This document shows positions 36,709 through 47,093 of a DNA stretch of 64,000 bases, one piece after another; within the stretch, counting starts at the first letter, position 1, and each line of letters starts with the position of its first letter. The DNA is from a bacterium ADurb.Bin212 (GTDB lineage: Bacteria > Patescibacteriota > UBA1384 > XYA2-FULL-43-10), in the NCBI GenBank assembly GCA_002070055.1, contig MWCM01000002.1, forward strand, positions 286 to 64,285, given 5' to 3'. The notes beneath the pieces are model-generated. The model had not been told where the DNA came from, made no database searches, and saw only the letters and a program-made list of their open reading frames with translations. Both the position numbers and the translations under genes were made by a program.

Positions 36709-38292
36709 ATGGAAGGGCAAAACGAAAACAAAAAGGTTCTATTAATAATTCTTGACGGTTGGGGTTTATCTCCTCTCACTGAGGGGAATGCTACTTTGGT
36801 GGCCAAAACCCCAGTTTTAGATTACATATACTCCTCTTATCCAAAAATGTCGCTCGCAGCGTCCGGTCTTGAGGTGGGATTAAATCGAGGCGAGATGGGT
36901 AATTCAGAGGTTGGGCACTTGAATATGGGAAGTGGAAGGGTGGTCTGGGAGAACTTACCCAGGATTGATTTCTCAATTGAGAGCAGGGAATTTTTTGATA
37001 ATCCTGAACTTATTAACTCTTTTAATAATGCTAAAGGTAAAAAACTACATTTGATAGGTTTAGTTAGCGGTGGTGGTGTTCACTCGCACATTCGACACCT
37101 GAAAGCGATTCTATCCGCAGCAAAAAACAATAAAGTTAAGGACGTCTACCTTCATTTCATCTCTGACGGTAGAGACACGCCACCAAATGTTGCAATGCAA
37201 TATGCCTCAGAGATTGAAAAAGAATTTCAAAGATTGGGGATTGGTAAAATTGCCACAGTAATTGGCAGATATTATGCTATGGACCGTGATAAGAGGACAG
37301 AAAGAACTCTGAAGGCATACAATCTTTACACGCAAGGAGAGGGTACAAAGTTTGAAAGTGCCGAAGAGGCGATAAACAGTAGTTATAAGAACGGTAAGAG
37401 TGATGAATTTATTGATTCTTGCCTGATAGACGAAAACGGCGTGGTTGCTCCGGGTGATTCTATCTTATTCTTTAATTTCAGAGCAGACAGGATGCGTCAG
37501 ATCGTAGAAACTTTTGTGATTGACAATTACAAAACCCTGACAATCGACACTAATCAGAAGTATCATATAGTGTCCATGACACAATATGAAAAAAGTTATG
37601 CTGTTCCAGTATTGTTTAAGCCCGTGGATTTGAATAATGTCTTGGCGGATGTGCTTGAAGCAAACGGTAAAACGCAGTATCACATCGCTGAAACAGAGAA
37701 GTATGCGCATGTAACATATTTCTTTAATGGAGGCAGAGAAGACAGACATAAGGGAGAAACTCAAGTTATGATTCCCTCGCCCAAGGTGGCAACCTATAAT
37801 TTACAGCCGGAGATGTCCGCCTTTGAGGTGGCGAATGAAACTGTAAAAGCAATTGAAGCCCAGCCGGATTTTATAGTTGTTAATTTTGCAAACGGTGATA
37901 TGGTTGGTCACACGGGAAATATGCAAGCTACTATACTGGCTTGTGAGGCGGTGGATAAATGTCTGGCTAAAGTTTTGGCCAAGGCCTCTGAACTAGGGTA
38001 TAATACTATTGTGACAGCGGATCATGGTAATTGTGAAATTATGATCGATCCGGCGAGCAACCAACCAAGTACAGAACATACAACCAGCCCTGTGCCTTTT
38101 GTTTATATGGATTTTTCTGAGAAGCCTTTCGAAACATCGCCTAGCTACAGCTATTCAAAGGAGGATTTGATTGCTTATTCTGCCGAGCCGTACAGGGGCG
38201 TGTTGTCTGATATCTCTTCAACTGTCATTGAAATAATGGGTTTAAGTTGTCCCCCAGAGATTGCAGGGGTTAATCTAACTGATGGAATATAA
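36709..38292 (+). CDS. gpmI: 2,3-bisphosphoglycerate-independent phosphoglycerate mutase
   Basis: LLIILDGWGLSP, GLVSGGGVHSH, ADHGN motifs. Confidence 0.9.
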   Translation: MEGQNENKKVLLIILDGWGLSPLTEGNATLVAKTPVLDYIYSSYPKMSLAASGLEVGLNRGEMGNSEVGHLNMGSGRVVWENLPRIDFSIESREFFDNPELINSFNNAKGKKLHLIGLVSGGGVHSHIRHLKAILSAAKNNKVKDVYLHFISDGRDTPPNVAMQYASEIEKEFQRLGIGKIATVIGRYYAMDRDKRTERTLKAYNLYTQGEGTKFESAEEAINSSYKNGKSDEFIDSCLIDENGVVAPGDSILFFNFRADRMRQIVETFVIDNYKTLTIDTNQKYHIVSMTQYEKSYAVPVLFKPVDLNNVLADVLEANGKTQYHIAETEKYAHVTYFFNGGREDRHKGETQVMIPSPKVATYNLQPEMSAFEVANETVKAIEAQPDFIVVNFANGDMVGHTGNMQATILACEAVDKCLAKVLAKASELGYNTIVTADHGNCEIMIDPASNQPSTEHTTSPVPFVYMDFSEKPFETSPSYSYSKEDLIAYSAEPYRGVLSDISSTVIEIMGLSCPPEIAGVNLTDGI

Positions 38293-38298
38293 GTAAAT

Positions 38299-39108
38299 AT
38301 GTCGGAAGATATCAATAAAAATAAACAAAACGAAGTTTCTGAATCAGCGACCATTAAATCTGAGCGGTCTTCTTCGGGTGATCAAAAGGAGTCCAAAAAA
38401 GCGTCAGCTGATAACACGAAGCAAATCGTAATCGATTTTGAGAGAGTAACCAAACAATACCCTGGTGAAATAAAGGCGGTTGACAATATCTCATTTAAAA
38501 TTGGTATTGGTGAGTTTGTGTCCTTGGTTGGGCCGAGTGGGGCCGGAAAATCCACCCTAATCAGAATGCTGACAAGAGAAGAGTTGCCAAGTAGTGGCAG
38601 AATATATGTTGCGGGAAGGGATATTACCACTCTTTTGCCTAGGGATCTGCCTTATTATCGCAGAAAGGTCGGCATTATATTCCAAGATTTCAAACTCTTA
38701 CCCAAAAAGACAGTTTTCGAGAATATCGCCTTTGCTCTTGAAGTCGCCGGAGTCGATAACGCATCAATCAACGAAAGAGTGGCCAAAATAACTGAAATAG
38801 TCGGCCTTACCAAGCGCATAAAAGCTATGTCAGAAGAGCTTTCCGGAGGCGAAAAACAAAGAGTGTCTATAGCCCGAGCCCTTGTTCACAACCCGAAAAT
38901 TTTAATTGCAGACGAGCCAACCGGAAATCTAGACCCCGTGACTACCTGGGAGATAATTGAACTTTTGTTTAAAATAAATAGACAAGGCACAATAGTCTTG
39001 TTAGCCACCCATGATAAAGAGGTTGTTGATGCATTGCAACGCAGAGTTATTACAATGCGAGACGGTAAAATTGTCGGTGATGCACAACACGGCAAATACA
39101 TACTTTGA
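38299..39108 (+). CDS. ftsE: Cell division ABC ATPase FtsE with about 45-aa low-complexity N-extension
   Basis: Walker A GPSGAGKST, signature LSGGEKQRVSIARAL, Walker B ILIADEPTGNLD. Followed by ftsX. Confidence 0.85.
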   Translation: MSEDINKNKQNEVSESATIKSERSSSGDQKESKKASADNTKQIVIDFERVTKQYPGEIKAVDNISFKIGIGEFVSLVGPSGAGKSTLIRMLTREELPSSGRIYVAGRDITTLLPRDLPYYRRKVGIIFQDFKLLPKKTVFENIAFALEVAGVDNASINERVAKITEIVGLTKRIKAMSEELSGGEKQRVSIARALVHNPKILIADEPTGNLDPVTTWEIIELLFKINRQGTIVLLATHDKEVVDALQRRVITMRDGKIVGDAQHGKYIL

Positions 39109-39151
39109 TAATTTAGAATTTAAAATTTAAAAAGTTTTAAATTGGATTGTT

Positions 39152-40060
39152 ATGTTTACATCGGTATATAGAGTTTTAAAAACGGCGTTAATATCTCTGT
39201 GGAGAAACAGAGGTCTTTCTTTGGTTTCGACTCTGATTATGGTTATTACTTTGATAATTATCTCAATTTTTTTGAGTATCAATATCGTAACCAATAAAGT
39301 TACTAAGGCGCTTGAGAGTAAAATAGACATGGCCGCCTATATAAAGGATGAGGCAACAGATGAACAAATAACAGCGCTTAAAAAAATGCTTTCAAATCGT
39401 GCCGATGTTTTAGAGGTAAAACTTGTCAGCAAAGATGAAGCGTTAGCCAGATGGCAGGAACGATATCGTGAAAATGAGAAGATTAGGGATGTTGTATCTG
39501 AATCCAATAATCCTCTTCCGAGATCACTAGAAATTAAAACAGAGCAAACGGAAGATATGGAAACTATCGCAAAATTACTTTCTGATCAAACATATCAAAC
39601 TATTATCAGAGAGCTGTCTTACACTAAGAGTCGTGACATGATAAATCGCATGACTAAACTCACAAGCTTTATCCAGATTGTCGGCTGGAGTTTGTCGGCA
39701 ATATTTATTTTGATTTCTATTATGGTTATATATAATACAATAAGATTAACTATTTCGGCCAGATCTTACGAAATTGAAATTATGAGGTTGGTTGGAGCCA
39801 GCGACTGGTATGTTCGCGGACCATTTATTATTGAGGGGGTGGTTTATGGTATCATCGCCACGCTTATTGCATCCTTGTTGATAATAATTAGTTTTAACCT
39901 GTCGTTGCCACATATTAAAGATTATCTTGGTGACTTTGATTTGGGCGGAGGCTATATGGGTGTTCAAATCTGGTATGTGGTGCTTGTTCAGCTAGTTATA
40001 GGAGTTTTTTTGGGTGCGCTGTGTTCAATTACTGCAATTAAGAAACATTTAAATAAATGA
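39152..40060 (+). CDS. ftsX: Cell division permease-like FtsX
   Basis: TM1, extracellular ECD, three C-terminal TMs. Confidence 0.8.
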   Translation: MFTSVYRVLKTALISLWRNRGLSLVSTLIMVITLIIISIFLSINIVTNKVTKALESKIDMAAYIKDEATDEQITALKKMLSNRADVLEVKLVSKDEALARWQERYRENEKIRDVVSESNNPLPRSLEIKTEQTEDMETIAKLLSDQTYQTIIRELSYTKSRDMINRMTKLTSFIQIVGWSLSAIFILISIMVIYNTIRLTISARSYEIEIMRLVGASDWYVRGPFIIEGVVYGIIATLIASLLIIISFNLSLPHIKDYLGDFDLGGGYMGVQIWYVVLVQLVIGVFLGALCSITAIKKHLNK

Positions 40061-41277
40061 TTGTAAACATATCATCCATTACAAAAAAGAAGGCATTGGT
40101 AATATTTTTAGTAATATTATCTCTATTGGTATTGCCTTATAGTGCTGTTGCTGATACGGTGTCAGATTTACAGAGACAAAAGGAGGCTTACGCACTTGAG
40201 GCTCAAAAAGCCAGAGAGCAGTCGCAAAAGAAGGCCACGGAAGCTGATTATCTGAGGAGCAAGATGAGCCAGCTTAATGCCGAAATAAGGGAGGCAGAAT
40301 CGTCTCTGGCTATAACAAATAGTAAAATTAGCGAGACCAACTCCTTAATTGAATCTCTGAAGAAACAGATTACTGAGCAGGAAGAGATGCTCGAAAAGGA
40401 AAAAGTTACAATGAACGGGATTATATCATCTTGGTATATGGAGGGGGACTCAACCAGCATGATAAACAATATTTTTTCCTCTTCTAATCTTTCAGAAGTT
40501 ATAACCAGACAGGAGTATTACGAATCTATTAAACAGCAGATAGAGATTAGAATGGAAAAAATTGAGGAGCTCAAAAAGCAACTCTATGAACAAAAGACAC
40601 TGCAAGATAACAATATGGCTGAGTTAAGCCAACATAAAAACAATCAGCTGCTACAAAAAAATACCATAGAACAGCAACGCAATTATCAATCTTATTTGCT
40701 AAAAAGCACCACCAATACTATAAACGAGCTAAAGCAACAAGAAAAAAACGCAACGCAAAAAGCACAGGAGATTCAAAGTAAAATCAACAGAATTAGTGCT
40801 ACAAAGACCTGGGGCGGCCAAATTACTTCATCTAACGATTCAAGCTGGTATTATAGTCAGCTTTGGTATCCGAACCTTTATCTTGGACCCAGCCCCTATA
40901 CTGTGGCTCAATATGGCTGTTTAATTAGTTCTTTAGCTATGGTGGCAAAATATTATGGAAGGAACTATGATATACCATCTGCTGTTGCTGCTTCAAGCTT
41001 CAATAGCGAAGGCTATTTGCTATATTCGCCGATTGTCTCTGACGGTGGTTCTCAACCAATCAATTGGAGTCGAGTAAATGAGGAGCTAGCGAGCGGTCAC
41101 CCTGTTGTAGTGGGAGTAGCGCTAGGGATAAATATGGGAAATTCATATGGGGTATCACATTTTGTGGTATTAAAACCGTATTCTCAAAACGGAAATACTT
41201 ATCAAATGCACGATCCTTTGGGAGCAGGTCGGGGATATGATTTGTCTCAGGTAAAAGCGATGAGGATAATTAGATAA
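40057..41277 (+). CDS. FtsEX-associated coiled-coil peptidoglycan hydrolase (PcsB/EnvC analog) with C-terminal C39-like papain-fold cysteine peptidase domain
   Basis: Signal/TM, about 200-aa coiled coil, then QYGCLISSLAMVAKYYG (C39_2-like catalytic Cys) and HFVVL (His). Confidence 0.55.
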   Translation: MIVNISSITKKKALVIFLVILSLLVLPYSAVADTVSDLQRQKEAYALEAQKAREQSQKKATEADYLRSKMSQLNAEIREAESSLAITNSKISETNSLIESLKKQITEQEEMLEKEKVTMNGIISSWYMEGDSTSMINNIFSSSNLSEVITRQEYYESIKQQIEIRMEKIEELKKQLYEQKTLQDNNMAELSQHKNNQLLQKNTIEQQRNYQSYLLKSTTNTINELKQQEKNATQKAQEIQSKINRISATKTWGGQITSSNDSSWYYSQLWYPNLYLGPSPYTVAQYGCLISSLAMVAKYYGRNYDIPSAVAASSFNSEGYLLYSPIVSDGGSQPINWSRVNEELASGHPVVVGVALGINMGNSYGVSHFVVLKPYSQNGNTYQMHDPLGAGRGYDLSQVKAMRIIR

Positions 41278-41281
41278 TAAT

Positions 41282-42502
41282 ATGAACAAAAAAATGGATC
41301 AGAGTAGAAATAGGCTTCTTCTATTTATACTAATACTAATAGTTGGTTTTTTGTCATTTGTGTCCGGCAACGTTGCGGGGAAAGCTGGTATAGACGTTTC
41401 CGGTAGTATCTTGGGTCCCGAGAAGGTAACAAACACTAGCAAGGGTAAACCCAGTGATGTTGATTTTTCGGTTTTCTGGGAAGCGTGGAATAAATTAGAC
41501 AAAAATTATGTTGGAGATATCAACGTCCAAGACTTTGTATACGGCTCAATCTCCGGCTTGTTTAACTCAACGGGGGACCCGTATACTGAATTTCTAAAAC
41601 CAAAGGATAACGAGAGATTTAAAGACGACATCTCTGGTGAGTTTGAAGGAATTGGTATAGAGATATCTTCTGTTAATAATTTACCAACAGTGGTGGCACC
41701 GCTGCCCGATTCTCCGGCAGAAAAGGCTGGAATAAAAGCAAAAGACGTTATCTCTGAAGTTGATGGCACTCCAACTGCTGATTTAGCTTTTAACGAGGTT
41801 ATTGATAAAATCAGGGGGGAAAAGGGAACGCAGGTAAAAATAAAAATATCGCGCGAGGGAGAGAAGGGGCTGATTGAATTCTCGGTGGTTAGGGGAAGTA
41901 TTAAGGTTTCTTCAGTCACAAATAAAGTCCAAAAATACAAAGGTAAAACTATATCCGAAATTAAAATTCGTCAATTTGGAGATGATACAGAATCATTGTT
42001 CAACGAAGCCTTGGCCGAGGCAGAAAAGCAGAGGTCTTCCGCCATAGTTTTGGATTTAAGGAATAATCCTGGAGGGTATCTGGAAACATCTGTAAGTATG
42101 GCTAGCAATTTCTTGGATGGGGGGGTGGTAGTAACTGAAGTTGATAAATCTGGCAATAAAAAAGATTTTAAGACCAACAAACGAGCCAAATTTAAAGACG
42201 TTAAGCTTATTGTGTTAGTAAATGGTGGTTCTGCTAGCGCTTCAGAAATTGTTTCAGGGGCGCTAAAAGATAGAAAAAGAGCAACGATAATTGGTTCAAA
42301 AACATTTGGAAAGGGCAGTGTGCAAGTTTTGGAAAACTTAAGCGATGGGAGCGCAGTAAAAATCACAGTGGCAAAATGGTTGACGCCGAACGGCAGCCAC
42401 ATAGATAAAATTGGTATTGAGCCAGACATCGCAATCGAAGATAACGATAACACGGAAGAAGATGAGGTGCTGGATAGGGCTTTAGAATACGCAATACAAT
42501 AA
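41282..42502 (+). CDS. ctpA: Carboxyl-terminal processing peptidase, S41 family
   Basis: PDZ domain (GIGIEISS...PAEKAGIKAKDVI), LDLRNNPGGYL, catalytic-Ser region LVNGGSASASEI. Confidence 0.85.
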   Translation: MNKKMDQSRNRLLLFILILIVGFLSFVSGNVAGKAGIDVSGSILGPEKVTNTSKGKPSDVDFSVFWEAWNKLDKNYVGDINVQDFVYGSISGLFNSTGDPYTEFLKPKDNERFKDDISGEFEGIGIEISSVNNLPTVVAPLPDSPAEKAGIKAKDVISEVDGTPTADLAFNEVIDKIRGEKGTQVKIKISREGEKGLIEFSVVRGSIKVSSVTNKVQKYKGKTISEIKIRQFGDDTESLFNEALAEAEKQRSSAIVLDLRNNPGGYLETSVSMASNFLDGGVVVTEVDKSGNKKDFKTNKRAKFKDVKLIVLVNGGSASASEIVSGALKDRKRATIIGSKTFGKGSVQVLENLSDGSAVKITVAKWLTPNGSHIDKIGIEPDIAIEDNDNTEEDEVLDRALEYAIQ

Positions 42503-42562
42503 TTGTTTGGTGTTAAAAGTGGTAGCGCTATCTTCATATCGCATAATGTTTCGTGAGATGTT

Positions 42563-42590
42563 TTGTAAGCTAAGTTTATCGTAGTATAAT
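42563..42590 (+). promoter_or_regulatory. Candidate promoter (TTGTAA, 16-nt spacer, TATAAT) for the large surface-protein gene
   Basis: Hexamers read from the sequence, about 25 nt upstream of the GTG start. Confidence 0.4.
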
Positions 42591-42614
42591 ATAATAAATT
42601 AAGTAGAGGGAATC

Positions 42615-45299
42615 GTGGCAGATAACGTAAATGCCAATTCTGATGATATCAAAAAATCATCTTCCACAAGCGGTAGTCCTTGGGATGATGATTTAGAGAT
42701 AAACGAAGAGGAAGTTGCTACAAAACCGCAGATTGTCGGTTCTTTTGAGGAGGATGTCCCGACGCCAACAACTCCCGTTCCTTTTAACGTGCCAGAAGAG
42801 GTAATAGAGGACAAAGTGGGCAAGAAAATTCCAGCCCAAGAAGTCATGGGCAAAGATACTCCCAAGTTCTATATCCCCACAGATGAAAAGGCATCACCAC
42901 CAAATAGTGCTTCCGAACCGACCAATGGAATAATTAAGACCGAGGAGAAAGTTGAAAATACTGCTCCCGTCACAGGTATTGATGCTAAACCGGCGTTGAG
43001 TCTTAACAATAATAAAGTTGAGCCTAGTGTTACTTCAACAGAAGCTCAACCACTAACAGCACCAAGTGTCACAACTTCTAGCAATATTAGTAGCGCGAAT
43101 GAAGGAGGGCAGTTAAATACTTCAAATGTTTCGACTGATTCTTCTGCTGTGGCCGGTAAAAGTGAATTAATTGATAGTAGTATACAAGATAACCAGTCGC
43201 AGACAGAGTCTGGTGTAATGGAGTTGGTTTCGAAAAAGCCAGAAATTGATCCCTTCGCAGACCCTTTTGCTCCAATTGGCAAGAAGGAATTACCGTCAAA
43301 AAATATTTTTAAAGCAGAAACGGCACCGGAACCGAACTCTCCATTAACAACCAATAATTTAGATAAATCAGATGAGAAAAAACCGGTTTTAGGTAAAAAT
43401 ATGGACTCTCTGGCGCCGCCACCACAGCCAAGTAAGAATCAAGATTTAAATATTGAAAATGATACAACAACGCCCAAGCAAGAGGAGGCAAAAGCAGTCA
43501 GTAAAGATGAGAGTAAGAAGAAAGGTATATTTAGCCGATTTGGCCTGTTAAAAGGCAAACAGCAAAAAAGTTCCCAAGTTGAAACTCCTCCAGTCGAAAA
43601 AAGCGACAGTGTTTCTAAAAGCGCTTCCGGTGAAAATCAATCTGAGCAGGGAATTTTTCCTGATGCTAAACAAAAACGTAGTTTTTCGCCTAAGTTTGCC
43701 GTTATAACCGCGGTAGTTTTGTTGCTAGTTGCTATGACTTATCTTACTGAAATTGGTTTAATTTCTGTCGGTTTAGAGAATGTCTATGGGGTGGTCGGCG
43801 CAGAAAAAATGTGGGGCGGCCTTCCGCGAAACGTCGAACAGGCTTTGGGCTTGTCGGTTATTAAACAACGAGAGTCATTGGATTTTAAATATAGCGGCAA
43901 GCTCTCTGTGACGGTTGATAAGAGTAAAAAGTCGCCGTTGACCTCTCCTTTGATTTCTTATGGCCAAGATTTATTACCAGCTAAAGACAGCACTGTTGCT
44001 ATTTGGCAAAAAGCGACACTGAGTCAATATGATTATTATGACGACGATTATTTTAGTGATTATTACGGAGATTCTACTGACAGCGAATCAGATTCGACCT
44101 CCTCTGATTCGACTTCTTCTGATTTATCTGAGGATTCAACAGACTCATCTGACACTGCAACCGATGCCGATGGCATAACATCTCCTGCTCCAACCGAAGT
44201 AGATGAAGACACTTCCGCCTCTCCTTATGAAGACGGTGATAGCGATGAAAGCTATCTTCCCGCCGAACCAACAATTAAACAATTAGACTTCGAGATCAAA
44301 GGAGAGTCGTCGGAAGAATCTATAAGCAGTTCTTTGACTCTAAAGCAACTTGTTGGCGCCAATAAGCAGATTGACCTAATGAATTCTGCAGGCAATCTCT
44401 ATGTAAAATCTTCCGATATAAAGTTTGATACTCTGGCCGCTGAAGGAAAATGGTTGCAATATGCTTTCGAAAATCTTAGCTCCGGTAATAACATAACCGA
44501 TGTTTTGGATATTAATATTGATTCAGGATTTTCGGCAATGGGCAGAAGGGTGGCAAACGAAAAAGTATCAGGAGTTAGAGCTTATAAATATAAAATTGAC
44601 AGTATGGAGCTGGGTGACTCGTTGCAGAAGGTAGGCATATTAAAAGAAAGTATAAGTAAGATCTCCGGCTATGTATGGATTGGGGTAAGAGATCACCTGC
44701 TGCGGAGAGTCAGTTTGGAAATAGTTCCGTCCGTTTCAAGTAGCCTTACCAGAATTCAGATAGACGTTGATCTCTATGATTACAATATCAGCAACAGCTT
44801 AGTTGTGCCGGCACTTACAAATATGGTAAAGGTAGAAACTCCGAGCTCTGCTACGCAAGAGGTTGCTGTTGAAGATGTAGCAGTGGAAGATGCTGCCGAT
44901 GACGACATCACGACAGATGATAGTCAAGTTGGCGAGGTCTCAAATCAACCTAGTCCTGCTGTGACTGAAACTCAAGACGGCAGGACCTCGACTGATGCGA
45001 GGCGCCATCAGGATCTATTAAGCATAAAAAATGCACTTGATAATTATAAGAGCAGATACGGTCAATATCCCAAATCAAACTCATTTATTAACATAAACAG
45101 TGCGAGTAATATTTTGAAGCAGTCTTTGGTGCCCTCGTACCTAGACTCGATACCAAGTGATCCGAACTCCAATGCCGGCTGGTGGTATGGCTACAAGTCA
45201 GATGGGAGGAGCTTTACATTGTCGGCCAGATTTGAGAATATTAATGACAGAGAGGTCACAAAAGTAGGTGGAGTGTATTTGCATTACGTTTGGAATTAA
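42615..45299 (+). CDS. Large cell-surface protein: S/T/P-rich N-region, one TM, acidic S/D/T low-complexity region, C-terminal pseudopilin(GspG)-like domain
   Basis: GTG start after AGAGGGAA. TM FAVITAVVLLLVAMTYL. DSTDSESDSTSSDSTSSD repeats. C-terminal DLLSIKNALDNYKSRYGQYP motif typical of pseudopilin-like globular domains. Confidence 0.6.
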   Translation: MADNVNANSDDIKKSSSTSGSPWDDDLEINEEEVATKPQIVGSFEEDVPTPTTPVPFNVPEEVIEDKVGKKIPAQEVMGKDTPKFYIPTDEKASPPNSASEPTNGIIKTEEKVENTAPVTGIDAKPALSLNNNKVEPSVTSTEAQPLTAPSVTTSSNISSANEGGQLNTSNVSTDSSAVAGKSELIDSSIQDNQSQTESGVMELVSKKPEIDPFADPFAPIGKKELPSKNIFKAETAPEPNSPLTTNNLDKSDEKKPVLGKNMDSLAPPPQPSKNQDLNIENDTTTPKQEEAKAVSKDESKKKGIFSRFGLLKGKQQKSSQVETPPVEKSDSVSKSASGENQSEQGIFPDAKQKRSFSPKFAVITAVVLLLVAMTYLTEIGLISVGLENVYGVVGAEKMWGGLPRNVEQALGLSVIKQRESLDFKYSGKLSVTVDKSKKSPLTSPLISYGQDLLPAKDSTVAIWQKATLSQYDYYDDDYFSDYYGDSTDSESDSTSSDSTSSDLSEDSTDSSDTATDADGITSPAPTEVDEDTSASPYEDGDSDESYLPAEPTIKQLDFEIKGESSEESISSSLTLKQLVGANKQIDLMNSAGNLYVKSSDIKFDTLAAEGKWLQYAFENLSSGNNITDVLDINIDSGFSAMGRRVANEKVSGVRAYKYKIDSMELGDSLQKVGILKESISKISGYVWIGVRDHLLRRVSLEIVPSVSSSLTRIQIDVDLYDYNISNSLVVPALTNMVKVETPSSATQEVAVEDVAVEDAADDDITTDDSQVGEVSNQPSPAVTETQDGRTSTDARRHQDLLSIKNALDNYKSRYGQYPKSNSFININSASNILKQSLVPSYLDSIPSDPNSNAGWWYGYKSDGRSFTLSARFENINDREVTKVGGVYLHYVWN

Positions 45300-45314
45300 T
45301 TAGAAAGGGTTTTT

Positions 45315-45875
45315 ATGACCATTGTTTGGATAATTGTGATTATTGCTGTAGTATTAATTGTCGCGGCGATAGCTATTTACAACAGGTTAATCTCTTTAAA
45401 CATCAGGTGCGACGAGGCGGCCAGCGATATTGATGTGCAGTTAAAAAGGAGATATGATCTAATCCCCAATTTGGTGGAGTCCGTTAAAGGCTATGCCACG
45501 CACGAGAAAGGGGTATTTGAAAATGTCACCAAGGCTAGAGCAGAGGCTCTTGGCGCAAAAGGCATGGAAGAGAAAGCTAAGGCAGAAAATCAGTTAACAG
45601 AGGCCTTAAAAAGTGTCTTTGCTGTGGCAGAGAACTACCCAGATTTGAAGGCTAACGAAAACTTTGCCAAACTCCAAGATGAGCTTACCGACACTGAGAA
45701 TAAGATCCAAGCTTCTCGTCGTTTTTACAATGCCAATGTTCGTGACTTCAACATTGCTATCCAGGTATTTCCTTCCAGCATTGTGGCCAATATGAAGGGT
45801 TTTAAATCCCGTGAGTTATTCGATATGGATGACGAGCAGGCGAAGGAACCCGTAAAGGTTGAGTTTAACAAATAA
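45315..45875 (+). CDS. lemA: LemA family protein
   Basis: N-terminal TM followed by the LemA signature (NRLISLNIRCDEAASDIDVQLKRRYDLIPNLVE). Confidence 0.85.
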   Translation: MTIVWIIVIIAVVLIVAAIAIYNRLISLNIRCDEAASDIDVQLKRRYDLIPNLVESVKGYATHEKGVFENVTKARAEALGAKGMEEKAKAENQLTEALKSVFAVAENYPDLKANENFAKLQDELTDTENKIQASRRFYNANVRDFNIAIQVFPSSIVANMKGFKSRELFDMDDEQAKEPVKVEFNK

Positions 45876-45906
45876 TCATATTTGAGAGTAACAATATAGG
45901 AGTTTG

Positions 45907-46206
45907 ATGAGTAAAAAAGAGAAATTTTTAGCTGTGCTATGTTATTTGTGGGTTTTGATTTTGATTCCGATATTTGTCCCAAGGAAAAGCAGTAATCTTA
46001 ATTCACATCTATACAGCGGGATCGTATTGCTTTTTCTTTGGTCTCTAGTCGTTTTTGTTTTAAAAATTCCTTTCGTTGGCGTTTTATTGGGCGTGCTTTT
46101 GATTATCGCCTGCTTGGTGTTTTCCGTCTGGGGTATAATAGATGCGGCGAAAGGTAGAGAAGCAAAGATCCCTGGTGTCGAAAAGATATCTGAAATATTA
46201 AAGTAA
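45907..46206 (+). CDS. Small membrane protein (DUF4870-like)
   Basis: About 100 aa with 2-3 TMs, located between lemA and htpX. Confidence 0.45.
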   Translation: MSKKEKFLAVLCYLWVLILIPIFVPRKSSNLNSHLYSGIVLLFLWSLVVFVLKIPFVGVLLGVLLIIACLVFSVWGIIDAAKGREAKIPGVEKISEILK

Positions 46207-46211
46207 TAACA

Positions 46212-47093
46212 ATGAGTGTTAATATCTATAATAACGTCTCTAGCAATAAGCAGAGAACTGCTCTTCTTTTGATAGTGTTTTTGTTGATAATTATCTCACT
46301 TGGTTGGATATTTTCTCGGCTTTATGAGACTCCAATTATTCTGTATGTTGCAGTAATTATTAGCTTGTTCCAGGCATTAATCGGGTACTATTCGGGCGAT
46401 AGGGTAGCCTTGGCTCTGAGTGGAGCTAGGGAGATTAATAAAGATGATAATCCTGATCTCTTTAGAGTAGTAGAAAATCTTGCTATTACTGCCGGTTTAC
46501 CAATGCCTCGTTTGTTCATTATCACAGATGCCTCTCCGAACGCTTTTGCAACAGGAAGAGATCCGGAACATGCCTCAATAGCAGTAACCACTGGTTTATT
46601 AGATATTCTGGATAAGCCTGAGTTGGAGGGGGTTATTGCTCATGAGCTGTCCCATGTTGGTAATTATGATATTCGGCTTATGACTGTAGTTGTGGTTTTG
46701 GTTAGTGTGGTTGCCTTATTATCTGATATTTTTTTAAGAGTGAATTATTTTTTCGGACGTAGCGATGATAGAAATTCTGGCAACTTTACATTTATTTTGG
46801 CGCTAATTGCTGCAATATTGGCCCCAATTGTTGCGACCTTAATACAGTTTGCTATATCAAGAAAAAGAGAGTTTTTAGCTGATGCAAGTGGTGTTATGTT
46901 GACTCGATATCCGGACGGATTGGCAAATGCTTTAAATAAGATTTCTGCCTATAACAGACCAATGCGCCGGGTTTCGAGCGCGACTTCCCACCTTTTTATC
47001 TCAAACCCACAGGGCAAGACAAAATCTTTTTTTTCGAATCTCTTCTCTACTCATCCTCCTGTTGAAGATAGAATAAAGGCACTACTCGGATGA
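46212..47093 (+). CDS. htpX: HtpX-like M48 zinc metalloprotease
   Basis: HELSHV (HExxH) motif, four TMs. Confidence 0.85.
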   Translation: MSVNIYNNVSSNKQRTALLLIVFLLIIISLGWIFSRLYETPIILYVAVIISLFQALIGYYSGDRVALALSGAREINKDDNPDLFRVVENLAITAGLPMPRLFIITDASPNAFATGRDPEHASIAVTTGLLDILDKPELEGVIAHELSHVGNYDIRLMTVVVVLVSVVALLSDIFLRVNYFFGRSDDRNSGNFTFILALIAAILAPIVATLIQFAISRKREFLADASGVMLTRYPDGLANALNKISAYNRPMRRVSSATSHLFISNPQGKTKSFFSNLFSTHPPVEDRIKALLG

